From Octopus vulgaris (lineage: Eukaryota), in NCBI GenBank assembly GCA_951406725.2, contig OX597822.1, positions 53,816,001 through 53,880,000 on the forward strand: 64,000 nucleotides of DNA, read 5' to 3'. Of the stretch, positions 1 to 13,291 are shown one piece after another. Each line of letters begins with the position of its first letter. Position 1 is the first letter of the stretch. The translations under genes and the position numbers were made by a program. The notes under the pieces are model-generated. The model searched no databases. It was not told the origin of the DNA and worked only from the letters and a program-made list of their open reading frames with translations.

Positions 1-1302
1 AGAAAGCAGAAGCAGAGACTGATGACATCTTGTCTTCTCTTATACAGAGATATGGTAGGTGCAACGCAAAACCATCGGAAAGGACTTGGTTTTGGCGCAG
101 ATCAGTTCAGACCGTTTGTGAATATGATGCAGAAGGAACGCAGATCTGTTGTTAGCAACAGCATCAAAACGAGAGAAGCAGAGAGAAGAGAGCTTCATTT
201 AACCTGATGTATTCAACAAGGGCAGATGACGAGATGGGAAGAACAAGTTGTTGAGAGGAAAATAAGTTGGGATGATATATGTAAGTCGACGACATCTCAG
301 CTAAGTTTTCTGATTCGTTCAGCCTAAGATGTTTTGCCATCACCTACAAATCTAGCAAGATGGAACGTCTCAGAGAATAGCATATGCAAATACGGAAAGG
401 TTGGAACACTGAAACATATTCTTTCCAACTGTTCATTTGCATGGAGACACAACTTGGTCCTTAAGGTCATCTTCAATGCTATAAAGAACCAAATTCATCT
501 CAACAACACTGAGTAAAAACCATTGAAAGTACCAACTAGAGATTTTGTTACCTTCATGCACTCAGATCAGCAGATCTGTTTCAAGAAGAACAAGAAACTT
601 CCTGTGAGAGATGAAAGGTGGAACGGCTATTGGGCGGTGACTGCAGATTTACCTGGGTGCCAGGGATTTTTTCCCATCCCAATTACGAAAAAAACAGACA
701 TTTTGATGTGGTGTGAAAGAAAGAAAGTTGTAAATCTAGTCGAGTTAACAGTTCCTCATGAAGATAACATGGGCGCCGCTCGGGCTCAAAAGATTGACCG
801 TTACGTAAACCCCCTCGAGGAATGTGAAGATGCAGGCTGGAAAGCAGAGCATTTTCCAATCGAAGTTGGATGTAGAGGGTTTGTTCGACACAGTGTGAGA
901 CGAATGTTATCGTTAGGCCTAACTCATCATAAAGTCAATATCACCATGACCGATATCCAAACTACAGTGGAGAAGGCTAACCACTGGATTTGGTTAGAAA
1001 GAGACGATGAGCAATGGCTAGAGAAATAGTTAGCTTTATTTAATAACCAGTTGACCTAGCAAGCGAGGTCTCATATCAGTGGTGGGGGAGCGCATTGATG
1101 CCATCAAGAGGTAGGTATTCTCTCCTGATAACCCCATACGCTTGCTGGCTTCCGGTATGTGGAGTTCTTGACTGGTAGCATTTGCATGTGCAAGTTGTTT
1201 GCAAGACATCTTAGTAGTGTTGTAGTTCCTATTGTACTTAATTTCATACTTATATCCTGCCTTCCTAAGTGCTATATTGTAATAGTCTTAGTGTTCATTA
1301 AA
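1..1302 (+). mobile_element. 3' part of a decayed non-LTR retrotransposon with restriction-like endonuclease (HERO/NeSL/R2-type)
   Basis: Broken ORFs give a CCHC-like motif (C..GTLKHILSNC), WRHN.VL and an RLE motif (TDILMW...VNLVELTVPHEDNM...K..RY...FPIEVGCRGF). Stops at 207 and 516, final stop 1029, ATTAAA near 1297. Confidence 0.8.
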
Positions 1303-2322
1303 CATTTCATCGTTAGAAGATAGGAAGTTTATTCGGCATAACGTCGATATAAGTACCGTTTACATCAACTGGACCACGTGCGATTGTTTACCTAAGATCG
1401 TCACTTTCCGTAAAATTTTTATTTTTTTATATATGTGGGGTGGGGGGAAGGGTATCTTTACAAGCCGGTGTAAAAGCCAGATAGATAAAGCAAAGTTCTT
1501 TTGAAGTTGGCGTTCCGTTTGTGTGTGTGCTTTGTGTTTCTTGGCTATTTTATGATCAGATTCATAGATATTGTTTTAATTTTTTTTTGTTTAATGTGTA
1601 ACTAATCTTGCATGCATGAAGTGGATTCGATCCAACATAGCCAAATTTAAATCAACACTGTTACAGAACTTTTCCCCACAATGGAACAATGGTTTTTCTC
1701 CGACAGCAGTTTTATATTTTCCAGATGCCTTTAGCTAGGCCGCTATAATGTCTTCACCACTTGACCCTTTCTAACCTCTTCTACTTCACCAAAAGCTAGA
1801 ATAGATAACAAGACCACCAACTAGATCTATTGTTCTCAATGATATATCTATCCTTCTGGATCTTAATATAAGCAAGCAAACATCAATAACTTGTCAGCAA
1901 CTGAACAAGGTATTTCGTGATGACTCAATTAGTAAAGAAAGAACTGCTAGGATATAATGGTCAGAGAGAGCAATAAAAATTCCTACAGCAACTTCAGACA
2001 ACGTCCCACACTCTCACTAGCTCGAACTCAGTTCTTTTACAACATCATTCTATCTGTCTCCACAATTACTGCTAAACAACGAAGAGAACCCAACTCGTAC
2101 ATTCTACCGCATCTAACTTTCGCAGGCTTTTGGAAAACAGGCCCGTAATTCAATTCTTTTTAGTATAAATCAGGAAGTGCTTGGTTTCAGAGACATTTGG
2201 AACATAAAATCTTTGCTGTATTTTCGTTTTGCACACACAGACACAAGCACAAACAAAATTTTGCACACACTCTCCTGTACATTTTCTTAATTACATCATA
2301 TACTCTTCCATAAGATCCCACT

Positions 2323-3963
2323 ATGGCTGGACGATATAGGATCGTTGAATCTGTCCTTTCTGTTGATGACATAAATCAAAGATCTCACAATCTGCGAGAC
2401 ATTTATGTCAAAACGAGTAACGCGGATTCAACAAACCAATTCCTGGAATCTGTGGGAGTGATCCACAATTCATCGAAATGCTGTAATGAGCGGATGTACC
2501 TTGCATCGTGCAGTACAGTATCCGATGGAAAAATGTGGAGGCGTACTGTTTGCAGGAAATTTCGTAGCATTAGGCAAGACTCGTTTTTCTCGGGTTCACA
2601 CCCACCATTGACTCGTCTCCTTGAGTTGATGTATTACTGGGCAATAATTGAATGTAAACAGAGTGTTGTGATGAGTGAAGTTGGAAGTGGATCAGAAGCG
2701 ATTGTCAACTGGTACAATTACTTCGGCAATGTTTGTGCTATGTGGTGTTTTGACCACCTGTGCAACTTGGAGATGTTGCTGTAGAGATCAACGAATCCAA
2801 GTTCATGCAATCCTGGAATCTGTGGGAGTGATCCACAATTCATCGAAATGCTGTACTGAGCGGATGTACCTTGCATCGTGCAGTACAGTATCCGATGGAA
2901 AAATGTGGAGGCGTACTGTTTGCAGGAAATTTCGTAGCATTAGGCAAGACTCGTTTTTCTCAGGTTCACACCCACCATTGACTCGTCTCCTTGAGTTGAT
3001 GTATTACTGGGCAATAATTGAATGTAAACAGAGTGTTGTGATGAGTGAAGTTGGAAGCGGATCAGAAGCGATTGTCAACTGGTACAATTACTTCGGCAAT
3101 GTTTGTGCTATGTGGTGTTTTGACCACCTGTGCAACTTGGAGATGTTGCTGTAGAGATCAATGAATCCAAGTTCATGCAATCCTGGAATCTGTGGGAGTG
3201 ATCCACAATTCATCGAAATGCTGTACTAAGCGGATGTACCTTGCATCGTGCAGTACAGTATCCGATGGAAAAATGTGGAGGCGTACTGTTTGCAGGAAAT
3301 TTCGTAGCATTAGGCAAGACTCGTTTTTCTCGGGTTCACACCCATCATTGACTCGTCTCCTTGAGTTGATGTATTACTGGGCAATAATTGAATGTAAACA
3401 GAGTGAAGTTGGAAGTGGATCAGAAGCGATTGTCAACTGGTACAATTACTTCGGCAATGTTTGTGCTATGTGGTGTTTTGACCACCTGTGCAACTTGGAG
3501 ATGTTGCTGTAGAGATCAACGAATCCAAGTTCATGCACAGGAAATATCATTGTGGTAGTTATTGAGAAGGTCACAGGGTTTTGGGAATGGTTGAATGGGA
3601 AAGTCTGAGATTTGTCTTAGATCCTGTGTAGAAAGAAGTGTAGCAACATTGTTGCCTATTATTACCCGCCATGTTTTGCCAGGAACTAAGATTATCACAG
3701 ATTCCTGGAGAGCATATAATAGCCTACCCAACCATTTGACTGTGAACCACAGTGTCACCTTTGTGGATCTCAACGATGCCTCAATCCGCACAAACACTGT
3801 AGAAGGGATGTAGAGTCACGTGAAATCAAATTATCAGAGAATGCATGGAACGTTCGATAATTTGTTTTCAACATATTTGCATGAAATTTGTTGGTGACGT
3901 TACAACAGCAGTAATACTTTTAAGACCTTCATAAAATGTATTAGACAATATTATCCCGTATGA
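2323..3963 (+). mobile_element. Merlin/ISXO2-like (IS1595 family) DDE transposase pseudogene
   Basis: Motifs VEINESKF..RKYH, TLLPIITRHVLPGTKIITDSWRAY, HLTVNHSVTFVD, TNTVEGM, YLHE. Frameshifts and stops present. Confidence 0.85.
2441..3538 (+). repeat. Tandem triplication of a 370-bp segment inside the transposase
   Basis: Unit tcctggaatctgtgggagtg starts at 2441, 2811 and 3181. Copies are nearly identical; the third has a 12-bp deletion. Confidence 0.95.
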
Positions 3964-5825
3964 TTTCAAAAATGTGCTTTATGAAGTTCATAAAATGTGT
4001 TCTGTAGTTTAATTTAGCCTCAAATTCATGGGAATCTGTATAATTTTATATTTATTATTCATTTCTTTTTTTGTATCTTAGTAATTTGCATTTCTTTCTT
4101 TTCTCCATGCGCCTTTCGGATCTTGTAACTGATTTTCAGAATTTTAAAATACCTTTACAAAATTGTCTTCTACACACGGAAATAACCCGTGCAAGCAAAA
4201 TTTGGTCTAATATTTTATTTTTTATTTGTCTATTTTTTGTAATGGCTTTTTAATTGGTATTCATTACATCGAAAGTCTGAACCAGATTGAAAAAAAAAAA
4301 AAAATCAAACATGAAACAATTTGCTACCACGTACAATATTTCCATTTTCTTCTCTGAAATTTGCTTCCACAATTCATTTTACAGAAATAAGAGAAATGGT
4401 TAGAACGAGCTCTATCTACTTGTACATATGTAGTGCATTATTCTTTGAGTTACTTTCATCGCATGGCTTTGCTAAGTCAATTGATATGCTTTCCATTTGA
4501 CTTAAAACCTTTCCGTGTCTACACAGACACCACACGAAAAAAATAGCTGTCACAGTGATATACCTCTTTTTCTACAGTCGGCCAAAATGAAGAAGTGACA
4601 ATGCCACCTTCACATTCTCTATTGTCAGCATCGGGCATTACCTACTCTTTCTCTCTACTGACAGAATGACAGAACAGAACACATATCGCTGTCGACTACA
4701 ATCAGCAAGCAAAGATTTTGTCATTACACGCCACATGGTACACAGCTTGATGGCTACGACAATTGGTGACAGACCGACATTATTAGAATACATCAACCAC
4801 AACGATACAACTGGTTACCCACAACGTGATTCGAACACAACAACCCTGCCACAATTGCTGACCCCCAAGCCACAGAATTGCAGTTTTCGTTACCTTATCC
4901 ATTACATTTGGTGAGCTCGACTTCAAAGACTTACTGCTTTAGCATCGCATGAACTCTTGAAAACAATTACAGTCCATGCCAGTCGCATCAACAAGAATTA
5001 CAGGACACAAACTTTCACGACGCATAGTTTTCAGTTCCATCGTTACACGACACAACATGAAAGGAATGAAGTCACCAACTCAATGGACACACACCAATTA
5101 CATTTCCACATGGCAGACAATGTACTGCAACCTGATGCACAGATCCACGAGGGAAACAGTTGCCATACATAAATGCAACATATAGGACAGCTACCCAACC
5201 AAGAGAACTGACCTTTTCTCACTTTTCAGCATAGACTTTTCACACAGGACAGTTTTACCAATCAGGTTTTGTCACTTTTCGTTACTCATTTTGTACTGTT
5301 CATTCCTTTTGCTGCACAACACAATGTTTACACATGCATACATGCATGCTTGCACCCAGTTTCTGTGCACATCTATAGACGCTCAACTTTTTTTTTTCCT
5401 TTGCATGCAACTCTTTTCTCATGAGAAGGATATCTCCTCCTCACTTTATAACTCTCCCGTCTTTCTCTTACCATATCACCATCGTTACATCAACAGACAT
5501 TACTCTCTATCAGTCCCTTGCATGATGCCATAATGATGAAAACAGGACAAGTAGAAATTTAAGGCTACACAGTAGCAGTCGAGAAGGCACAAATAACGGT
5601 TAAATAAAAAGAAATATTGTCTATAACTTCAACCATTGTTGTTATTCCATCGAATCAACCTCATTATTTTCTACATAGCAGACCGTTACATAAACAGGCA
5701 ATCTTTCGTTTTAACTCGAAATAATGTAAACACTGAAACAGCCATACATACATACATAACAACCAGCGTGCGTGTGTCACTGAAGCCTTACATATATGCA
5801 TGCATGCATTACACACACCATCAAA

Positions 5826-6012
5826 CACACACACATGCACATCAAATCTTCCAATTCACACCAAAATCAAAAGATCCCATTTCCCCCTAACCCCATATGT
5901 AAAAAAAATTAAAATCTCACACACACATACACACGCACACACATCAAATCTTCAGATTCACGCCAACATCAAAAGATCCCATTTCTCCCCAACCCCATAT
6001 GTAAAAAAATAA
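5826..6012 (+). repeat. Direct duplication of about 100 bp
   Basis: cacatcaaatcttc...atcaaaagatcccattt...aaccccatatgtaaaaaaa occurs twice. Confidence 0.75.
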
Positions 6013-6290
6013 TTTTTTACAGAAATCGACAATCATCATCACAAATGTAAATAAACGCACGTGGTTTGTAGTGTTCTTGTAACAAAAGATCACCATTTAT
6101 TCTTCTATGTTTGTACTAAGGTTTACTATAATATGTGGATGGATACTGTTTGCGTTTACATATCTAATGTTGGCGTTAGGTTTATTATCCATTTTAATAT
6201 CTAATCTCCATTTACATAAATATGAATGAATTTGTTAAACTGTGTTTAATAAGTTAAATCATATACTTAATATATATATACATATATATA

Positions 6291-6497
6291 GACTTACGGT
6301 GCACAGACAACAAATCCGGGACCCCACCACTAGAAAAATTTGTTAGCTAGCACCTAGATCAATGCCCCGCAGACAAAAACCCTAAATACCAAATCTTCCC
6401 TCTCTATCAATGCACTGGTGACACTTCAACCCAATTCTATTTAAACAAGGAAAACATACTGATTAAAAAAAATAAACCACAGCTAAATATCCTTTAG
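6291..6497 (+). mobile_element. Penelope-like element fragment (GIY-YIG endonuclease C-terminus)
   Basis: Translates with a frameshift to LTVHRQQIRDP...HLDQC...YQIFPLYQC...KENILIKKNKPQLNIL*. The R..H...H...E...I....P.LN pattern fits a GIY-YIG domain. Confidence 0.65.
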
Positions 6498-7700
6498 AAA
6501 GAAGAAAAAGCAGTATAAAGAGAAAAAAAACACCCAATTTCAACACAATAAAAAACAACAAAATTTTAGTAACAATCTTCCACCTAGGTTTCGAAACCGC
6601 AGCTCCAAATCACCACACAAACACAAGATGCTGACGTTACCCACCTCCAGTGCAATGAAATTCCACAAACACCAGTTGCTGACGTCACATAATTCCAAAC
6701 TAATCAAAACCAAACTTCCGCAAATACAACAAAAAGACCCTTTAAGAGAACCAACCAACCGGAACGACCTATAACCGTACCCGCAAGGAAACCAACCAAG
6801 CAGAAGAACAAGCTTGACCACGGAAGAAAAACATCAATTTTTTAACGAATCAAAATCAGATCCGCTCGCTGAAAAAAGTTTATAAATAAATCTTTCCCTA
6901 AACATACCATTATAAGCGAATGTTTAAAGAAGATCTGAGAAACCGTAAACCAAATTCTCTTTTTTTACTATTTTAATTCTCACACTTGTTTTTTTCAGTA
7001 TGACTTGTCGGCCACCACAGAAATTAATGAACCTTGTACATTCTATCAAATTAATATACAGTTTTAATTTCAAACTTACACCTTCTGTTTTGAACATGAT
7101 AATTTATCAACATTGAAACATTTTGATCTGTCAACATTGAAACATTTTGATCTGTCAACATTGAAACTTATAACGATGTTTTCTAATTTTACATTTTTAC
7201 CATTGATAAACAAAAAATATTGTTGAAACTAGTATGGTATATATGTAAATAGATCTATTTTAAACATTTACGAGCTTTTGAAATTTAAATGCATTTTCAA
7301 CAACACATTTTCCTATATATGTATATATAGGGCAATGGCCAATGATTTTGGCGAACACTTTTTTTTTTTTTTTTGCTTTTTCATATGAAATGTGAATATT
7401 AATGATTTAATATTATTTTAACAGGTTATCTGTAATCCAATAAGAATTGAAAGAAAAACTATTGAAAAACCAATAGATATTGCAAATGATCATTAGTTTG
7501 CAGAATTGGTTAGATTTCCTACAAGTGGAAATCACATTCCCCTTCATGATTTCAGGTTGGAATCACATGCAAACAAATACTTAATAACCAGAACAGTAAG
7601 TTAAGTATGAAGTCGTGAGCCTTTTATGATTGATTTTTAATTAATGAATGCTTTTTTCCCCTCACAAAAACTTCAAATTGTATTTTCTTTTATTGCAAGG

Positions 7701-8300
7701 ATGGTTTTGGCACAAGAAAAATGTCAGTCAATAATTTCTTTCAAAATGGCCTAACAACACAGGATATTGTTGCTAAAGGCATTGCACCTGAAAGAACTAT
7801 GTACAGGATTGTAAAAACTTTCGAAGAGATAGGATCCTAAACTGTGAAGAAGGCCCCTAGTCATCAATGTCTGTCCTCTGACCACCAAGACAAGGCTTTG
7901 GTGAGAAATTCAATGAGGAATTGAAGTGCCAGCAGCAAACAGCTTGCTAAAGTGTGGGAATCAGCCAGTGTCAGCACTTCGGCTCAGACTGTTAGACAAC
8001 AATGTTTTAACAATGGTCTCACTTCATGGAGTACTGCATGAAAACCAGTTTGTCCATGAGAAACGTGAAGGACAGGCTCGCCCTTTGCAGAAGATATAAA
8101 AATTGGTGTAGTGAACAATGGGACAAAGTGATTTTTTTTTTTCTGGTGAAGCACCATTTCAATTGTTTGAGATATCTGGAAGAAGGCTCATCAGAAAGTG
8201 ACAAGGTGAACTCTATGATGAGGCCTGTATTGTGTTCGCAATCAAGCATCCAGAAACCATTCATGTGTGGGGTTGCTTTTCATCCAATCATACTCTCCCT
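7701..8300 (+). mobile_element. Decayed Tc1-family transposase
   Basis: NVKDRLALCRRYKNWCSEQWDKVIF and KHPETIHVWGCF motifs; several frameshifts. Confidence 0.8.
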
Positions 8301-8306
8301 TACAGT

Positions 8307-8880
8307 GTAGATGAATGAAGTGGAATAAATGACACTTCGACACACTCATGTGTGGTTATTTTTATATATAGCTTAACAAAAGCTACAAGTGGTGACCCGA
8401 AATAGTAAACATGCAAGCATGGCAAGCAAGAATACCACAATTCTGGTCAAAGCAGGCTGAGATATGGTTCACATAAGAACAGTTCAACAATGGGAATATC
8501 ACCTCGGACCTGATAAAGTATTCCTATGTAAAAACAATACTGGATGAAGACACAAGTGTACTAGACATCCTAATCAGACCACAAACCATTCACTACCAGC
8601 AAGCTGCTGGAACCATGGTCTGGTCTGCACTTCAGCAGCGGCAGTTATCGGCCATTTGTGAGTACACTACATTCAGCACATAACAGGAAAAAGCAACCCA
8701 GTCGCCAATGCACTCTCCAAGGCACCTATTAACTCTGACACTTACATAGCTTCAATGAAGTGTCTGGATTATGAGGCTATGGCTGCAGCTCAACAAACAA
8801 ATGAGATCAGGGCCTACTGCACTGCCATCACTTCTCTTTCCTTGCAAGATGTCCAACGGAACACCCCTACATTGTGATGT
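8307..8880 (+). mobile_element. Ty3/Gypsy LTR retrotransposon remnant (LTR end, PBS, RNase H tail)
   Basis: ...ctaCA ag TGGtgacccg PBS-like junction at 8386-8399. Downstream frames give DHKPF and RQLSAICEY...HITGKSNPVANALS. Confidence 0.6.
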
Positions 8881-9084
8881 TCCAGCAGCACTGTCTGCGC
8901 TGGCTTGGTCATATACATCACATGCCAGACAGGACATCCTGAAACAAGAGGAGGTCGAAAACGATTGCCCATGCTGGAGACAAATACTGTGAAAGGGGAT
9001 GAAGCAAAGGGAAGAGAAACAGGAACTTACCACCAAAGAAAAGCACACTCATCAAAAGTAACACCAGCAAAGAGTTCCTTCAAA

Positions 9085-9265
9085 TGAAGTTGCAACAAAT
9101 GTGGAATCAAAATACATGCATCATGTGATGCAAAAACTTTCTATGTATGTAACATGGACATATATGCTGGAACACAGCCAGATGGGCCATACAAAGCTGA
9201 CAAGCAGTACAATTCGTTAGAGGTCGTAGTTACAAGACTTATTTCTGACATCTCTAGACATCTGC
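9085..9265 (+). mobile_element. piggyBac transposase fragment
   Basis: KCGIKIHASCDAKTFYVCNMDIYAGTQPDGPY matches the piggyBac KYGIK...CDA...Y....IY.GK block. Confidence 0.7.
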
Positions 9266-10717
9266 TAAAAATGTAACATTTGATCAAGTGTTACATATAA
9301 AGTAAAACTGTAAAATAAAGATAGCTTGCAGTTTACCACAAGCATAAAAGAAATATGGGAATTTTGGGCCATAAATATTATTACAGGTATAAGAAAATTA
9401 CCCAGAATTACAAATTATTGGAGTAATCATGAACCTTTCAGAGACCAGTACGTTTCCTATGTTATGACAAGAACATGATTTATAACACTGAAACAATATT
9501 TTCATGTGAGACACTTGCAGTACCCAACAAATTTCAATCCCTTATTTAAAATAAGACCCCTCGGAGAAGAATCAGCATACAAAGAAGTCATATAACCAAT
9601 GATGGGCTAAGCTTAATTACTAAGATGAAGGAGAAACAACAACCCTACAGAACTCATGTTTCCATTGTGTCTGAACTACCATGCAAATATTATGAAGGAA
9701 TAAACACTCAACATTTCAAGATTACCTTTCTTATTCATTCATACTCATCTAACACAATATTGAATAATGAAATACATGCTCTCTTCATAAAAGGGCTAGT
9801 ACATATATTCTAATTTTTCTTTGAAGCTGTTTTGTATTTTTTTTGTGTCTCCTAATAGGGTGCTGTTTGACCTGAATGTGTTGCCAAGTTTAATTATTGA
9901 CAAATGTCTTTAAAAAAGTTTCATTTTATAAATATAATTTTTGTATTGACAAAATAAAATTTGACATATCACACAAATTTTTAACCATGAATTAGCATCC
10001 CTGAAAAAAGTTGAAATGAAAAGGTTTTATAACTATTTAACCAAAAATAAAGGTTTCAGACCAGACATAGAATGACTGTCATATAACAATGAGAATACAG
10101 ATATAATTTGATGTGTCTTAACTCAGATATATATATATATATAACACATGGTTTTGTTATATCTTAATGAAGATGCAGATATAACATGACTGTCACATTT
10201 CAGAGAAGGTATGGACATAATCTGACATGGCTGTCACATCTTGAAAAATGATAATGACATGTTGTGACTGACACATTGCAGTGAAAATATTACAGTCCAA
10301 ACATGATTGTCGTATCTCTGAGAAAATCAACTAGAATGTTTACATATTCTTCTCCCTAGGTAGGATATGAACGCAAGACCTTTAAGGATAAGAAAAATAG
10401 GAATTTTGCAGTTCATGATTATCCCAAGGCATTATTGATATAAATGAAATGAGACAGTCATAACTTAAAGTTAAAACCAAGTCAAAGATATATGTATTTT
10501 TCAGCATCATACCTTCTGTTTTATGATAGTGACTAATTATAACAGATGGGTAATTATATAAAAAAAACAAAAACAAACCCATACATTTCCGACAAATGTG
10601 AAATTATGATAATAAAAAAATTGTTTTACTTTGAATGGATGAATCAAAATACATCTACTTTGTTAATCTTTCTCTGTTCACATTAGCCATAAAGTAAGTT
10701 TCCATAAAAGTCAAAAG

Positions 10718-10803
10718 TTAGACCGATACAGCTGGCATAAAATACTGGAGAGTCACATCATCATGAAGAAGTAAAATGTGTATCATTTGGTCTTCACTGA
10801 AAT
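10718..10803 (-). CDS. HUS1: Checkpoint protein HUS1, exon 8 (last coding exon)
   Basis: Pyrimidine tract and AG acceptor, then (N)FSEDQMIHILLLHDDVTLQYFMPAVSV*, resembling the HUS1 C-terminus (LLHEDVSLQYFIPA). Confidence 0.93.
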
Positions 10804-11894
10804 CTGCATCAGAAAAAAAAGAACATGAATAACAGGCAAACAAGAATACCAAAAAGTAAACAAAAAAAAAGATTAAAAAATACAGTACAATACAGTACCC
10901 ATTTGTTTTTGTTTTGGTCGGTTTCATGTAATTTGAAAATAATGAGTTTAGTAAAATAACTATATTAAGCTGGTGTTTGGAACATAAATTGTCATTAAAT
11001 TTTGATGGAAGATTTAATTTAGATCACTGATAAACTTTTACCATATTTCAGTCAAAATACACAGCCTTTGTTTTAATTAATTTTTAAAATAATAAAGAAT
11101 GAAGTGAATTAACCTTTTTGTTTTTAAGCTGGTGTTTGGAATGTATATCAACTTCAAATTTTGAAGGAAGGTTTTGATACAGATCACTTTAAACCTTTTA
11201 GCATTCAGATCACTCTGTCAAATGCAATGCTAATTTATTCACATTGTTTTGAATTCATCCTGCATTATCTTGCAGACTTTGTGATTGTTTATGTTCAAAA
11301 TGACATTCTAGGGTAGGTGTGAGATGTCAGATCTGGCCAATTTGAACATACATCACTTATATTCTAGATGGTCATAGACTCTTCAAATTTTCCACATAAT
11401 GAGTAATGCCACCCCTAGGGGACAAAAACACCTCATAGGTAAATAAATACCAATGATCGTTGCATCAAGGGACATTACTCTTGATGACATAGTTATGCTA
11501 CTTTCATTTGGTCTTCCACTACAGTTTTTACAATGCCCATTCACTGCCGATATTTGCACATTAGCACTTCCTTCGGGTAACAATGCAATTTAAATCAACT
11601 TTTATTTATCTGTTAAATGCCTCCAGAAATTAATCGATATTATAAATATTCTCTGCTTTTACTCATACCAAGTTGTGACAATTATACAGTTTTTACAATG
11701 CCTATTCACTGCAAACTGCCAATATTTGCATGTTAGCACACTTCCTTGATGTAGATGCCCTAAGGCTCAAACATCTCAACCCTTCCTAAGGCCATTGTGA
11801 CAATTTTCTGAACCCACTCAGCAAACAATAGTACAACATCATTCAGGCATTCAACTTAACCCCTCTCTACCTTCACTTTGCAGATAACCCTGCA

Positions 11895-12970
11895 ATGCCA
11901 CCAAGGAGAAAGAGAGCTCACGTAGGTAGACTGTCTCATGCTGCTATCAAAGCCAGAAGATATCAGGATAACGAAACAAGACCAGAAGTCTCACAGACTG
12001 TCCCAGGTTGATGCCACTGCCCATGCAGTACATGTACCTGCAAATTTTGCAACTGTTAAGGTTTCAAAGTCTGAAGAGCTTGTGGCCTGCCAAGCCTATC
12101 ATGCTGCAACTGTTGCCACCAGGGCTACCAAGTCACTTCAACAATGGACTATCCTATTGGTGTGTCTTGTCAAAAACGCTTCAGCTGCAAGGGCTACAGA
12201 GTCACCTTGACAACAGGCTGTCCAATTGGAGCATCATACCAAAAATGCTTCAGCTGCAACAGCTGCCAGAAGGAAGCGTAATGCTGAAACTACAGCTACT
12301 GCAAGGGCTTCAGTCACTACAACAATGCACAGCCCGAAGGGCACAATGCTAAAACTACTGCTGCTGCACAGGCTGCAGAGTCACCAGCACAGCACACAAA
12401 TCAGGTTTTGAATGCTGCTTTAATATCCACTGCAAGGGCTTCAGAAATGAATGAACAAAGGACAATGCAACTTCAAACCAATGCAAACTTGAAGACTCTG
12501 CATAGGAGCACATCAAAGTCATTGGTCAATCAGTGGGCTTTTAAAGCACTTCACTATGACCCTGCCAAAGACTATGCATCCCACTGTGATGCTACCATTG
12601 GACATATGTCTATTATTTATCCATTCTGTGCAGCATCCAAGTGGCCAGGAGAACCCATACGGTTATGCTGCTCAAATGGAAAGGTTTGCCTTCCAGAAAT
12701 ACAGCCAACCCCAGAACCTCTGAAGTCTCTACTACTTGGTGACCATCACGATTCACTGCACTTCATCAGAAACATTTGGGTGTACAATTCTGCCTTCCAA
12801 ATGACCAGCTTCAGACACAGGCCCATCAACCACAGAACCTTCATGCCTACGTTCAAGATTCAAGGTCAAACATACCACCAGATTGGTTCCATCTTTCAAT
12901 ATAAGGATACCCAACATAAGTTCCTTCAAATTTACTTCATGGGAGACAACACAGAGCAAATCGCATGCAA
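11895..12970 (+). mobile_element. Helitron Rep-helicase N-terminal fragment in HUS1 intron 7
   Basis: CAASKWPGEPIRLCCSNGKV, YNSAFQMTSF, FKIQGQTYHQIGS and FLQIYF are characteristic Helitron Rep motifs. Truncated. Confidence 0.85.
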
Positions 12971-12977
12971 AGCACCA

Positions 12978-13118
12978 GAGAAGAGACCAGAAGGCTCAAT
13001 ATATTAAAATCATACCACCTTCCAGTATTGAGCTTTGAAGTTGATAGCCTGTCGACTCCAAAGCTCCACATTGGAAGATGGTATGATTTTAATATACTGA
13101 GCCTTCTGGCCTCTTCTC
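12978..13118. repeat. 141-bp near-perfect palindrome
   Basis: gagaagagaccagaaggctcaatatattaaaatcatacca... pairs with ...tggtatgattttaatatactgagccttctggcctcttctc; centre at 13048. Confidence 0.9.
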
Positions 13119-13179
13119 AAGGCCCTGTCCTTTCCTATTCCCTCTTCCCTTCGTTTATTCTATTTTACGCAATTGTATT

Positions 13180-13291
13180 CACTCTGATGAAGCTCCATGT
13201 AATAGATCGAATGTCCTATGAAGGTGAATATTATTTTTGAATTTCTTTCGTAAGCAACAACTGGCACTGGAAGCAGAAATGACCATAAGAA
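13180..13291 (+). ncRNA. Degenerate hammerhead-ribozyme-like motif
   Basis: CTGATGA at 13184, GCTCCA...TGGAAGC stem II base, GAAA at 13276, TG-AC-CA-TA stem III and cleavage triplet. Stem I is weak. Confidence 0.4.

Noticed and set aside
4600-5200. Possible very old Helitron helicase remnant
   Set aside because: Only faint resemblance (LEYIN...G.P); diagnostic motifs could not be recovered by eye.
6863-6935. Possible hammerhead after the first Penelope fragment (ctgaaaa...gtttataa/ttataagc gaa)
   Set aside because: The core deviates at G8 and GAAA and stem I is unconvincing; too decayed to call.
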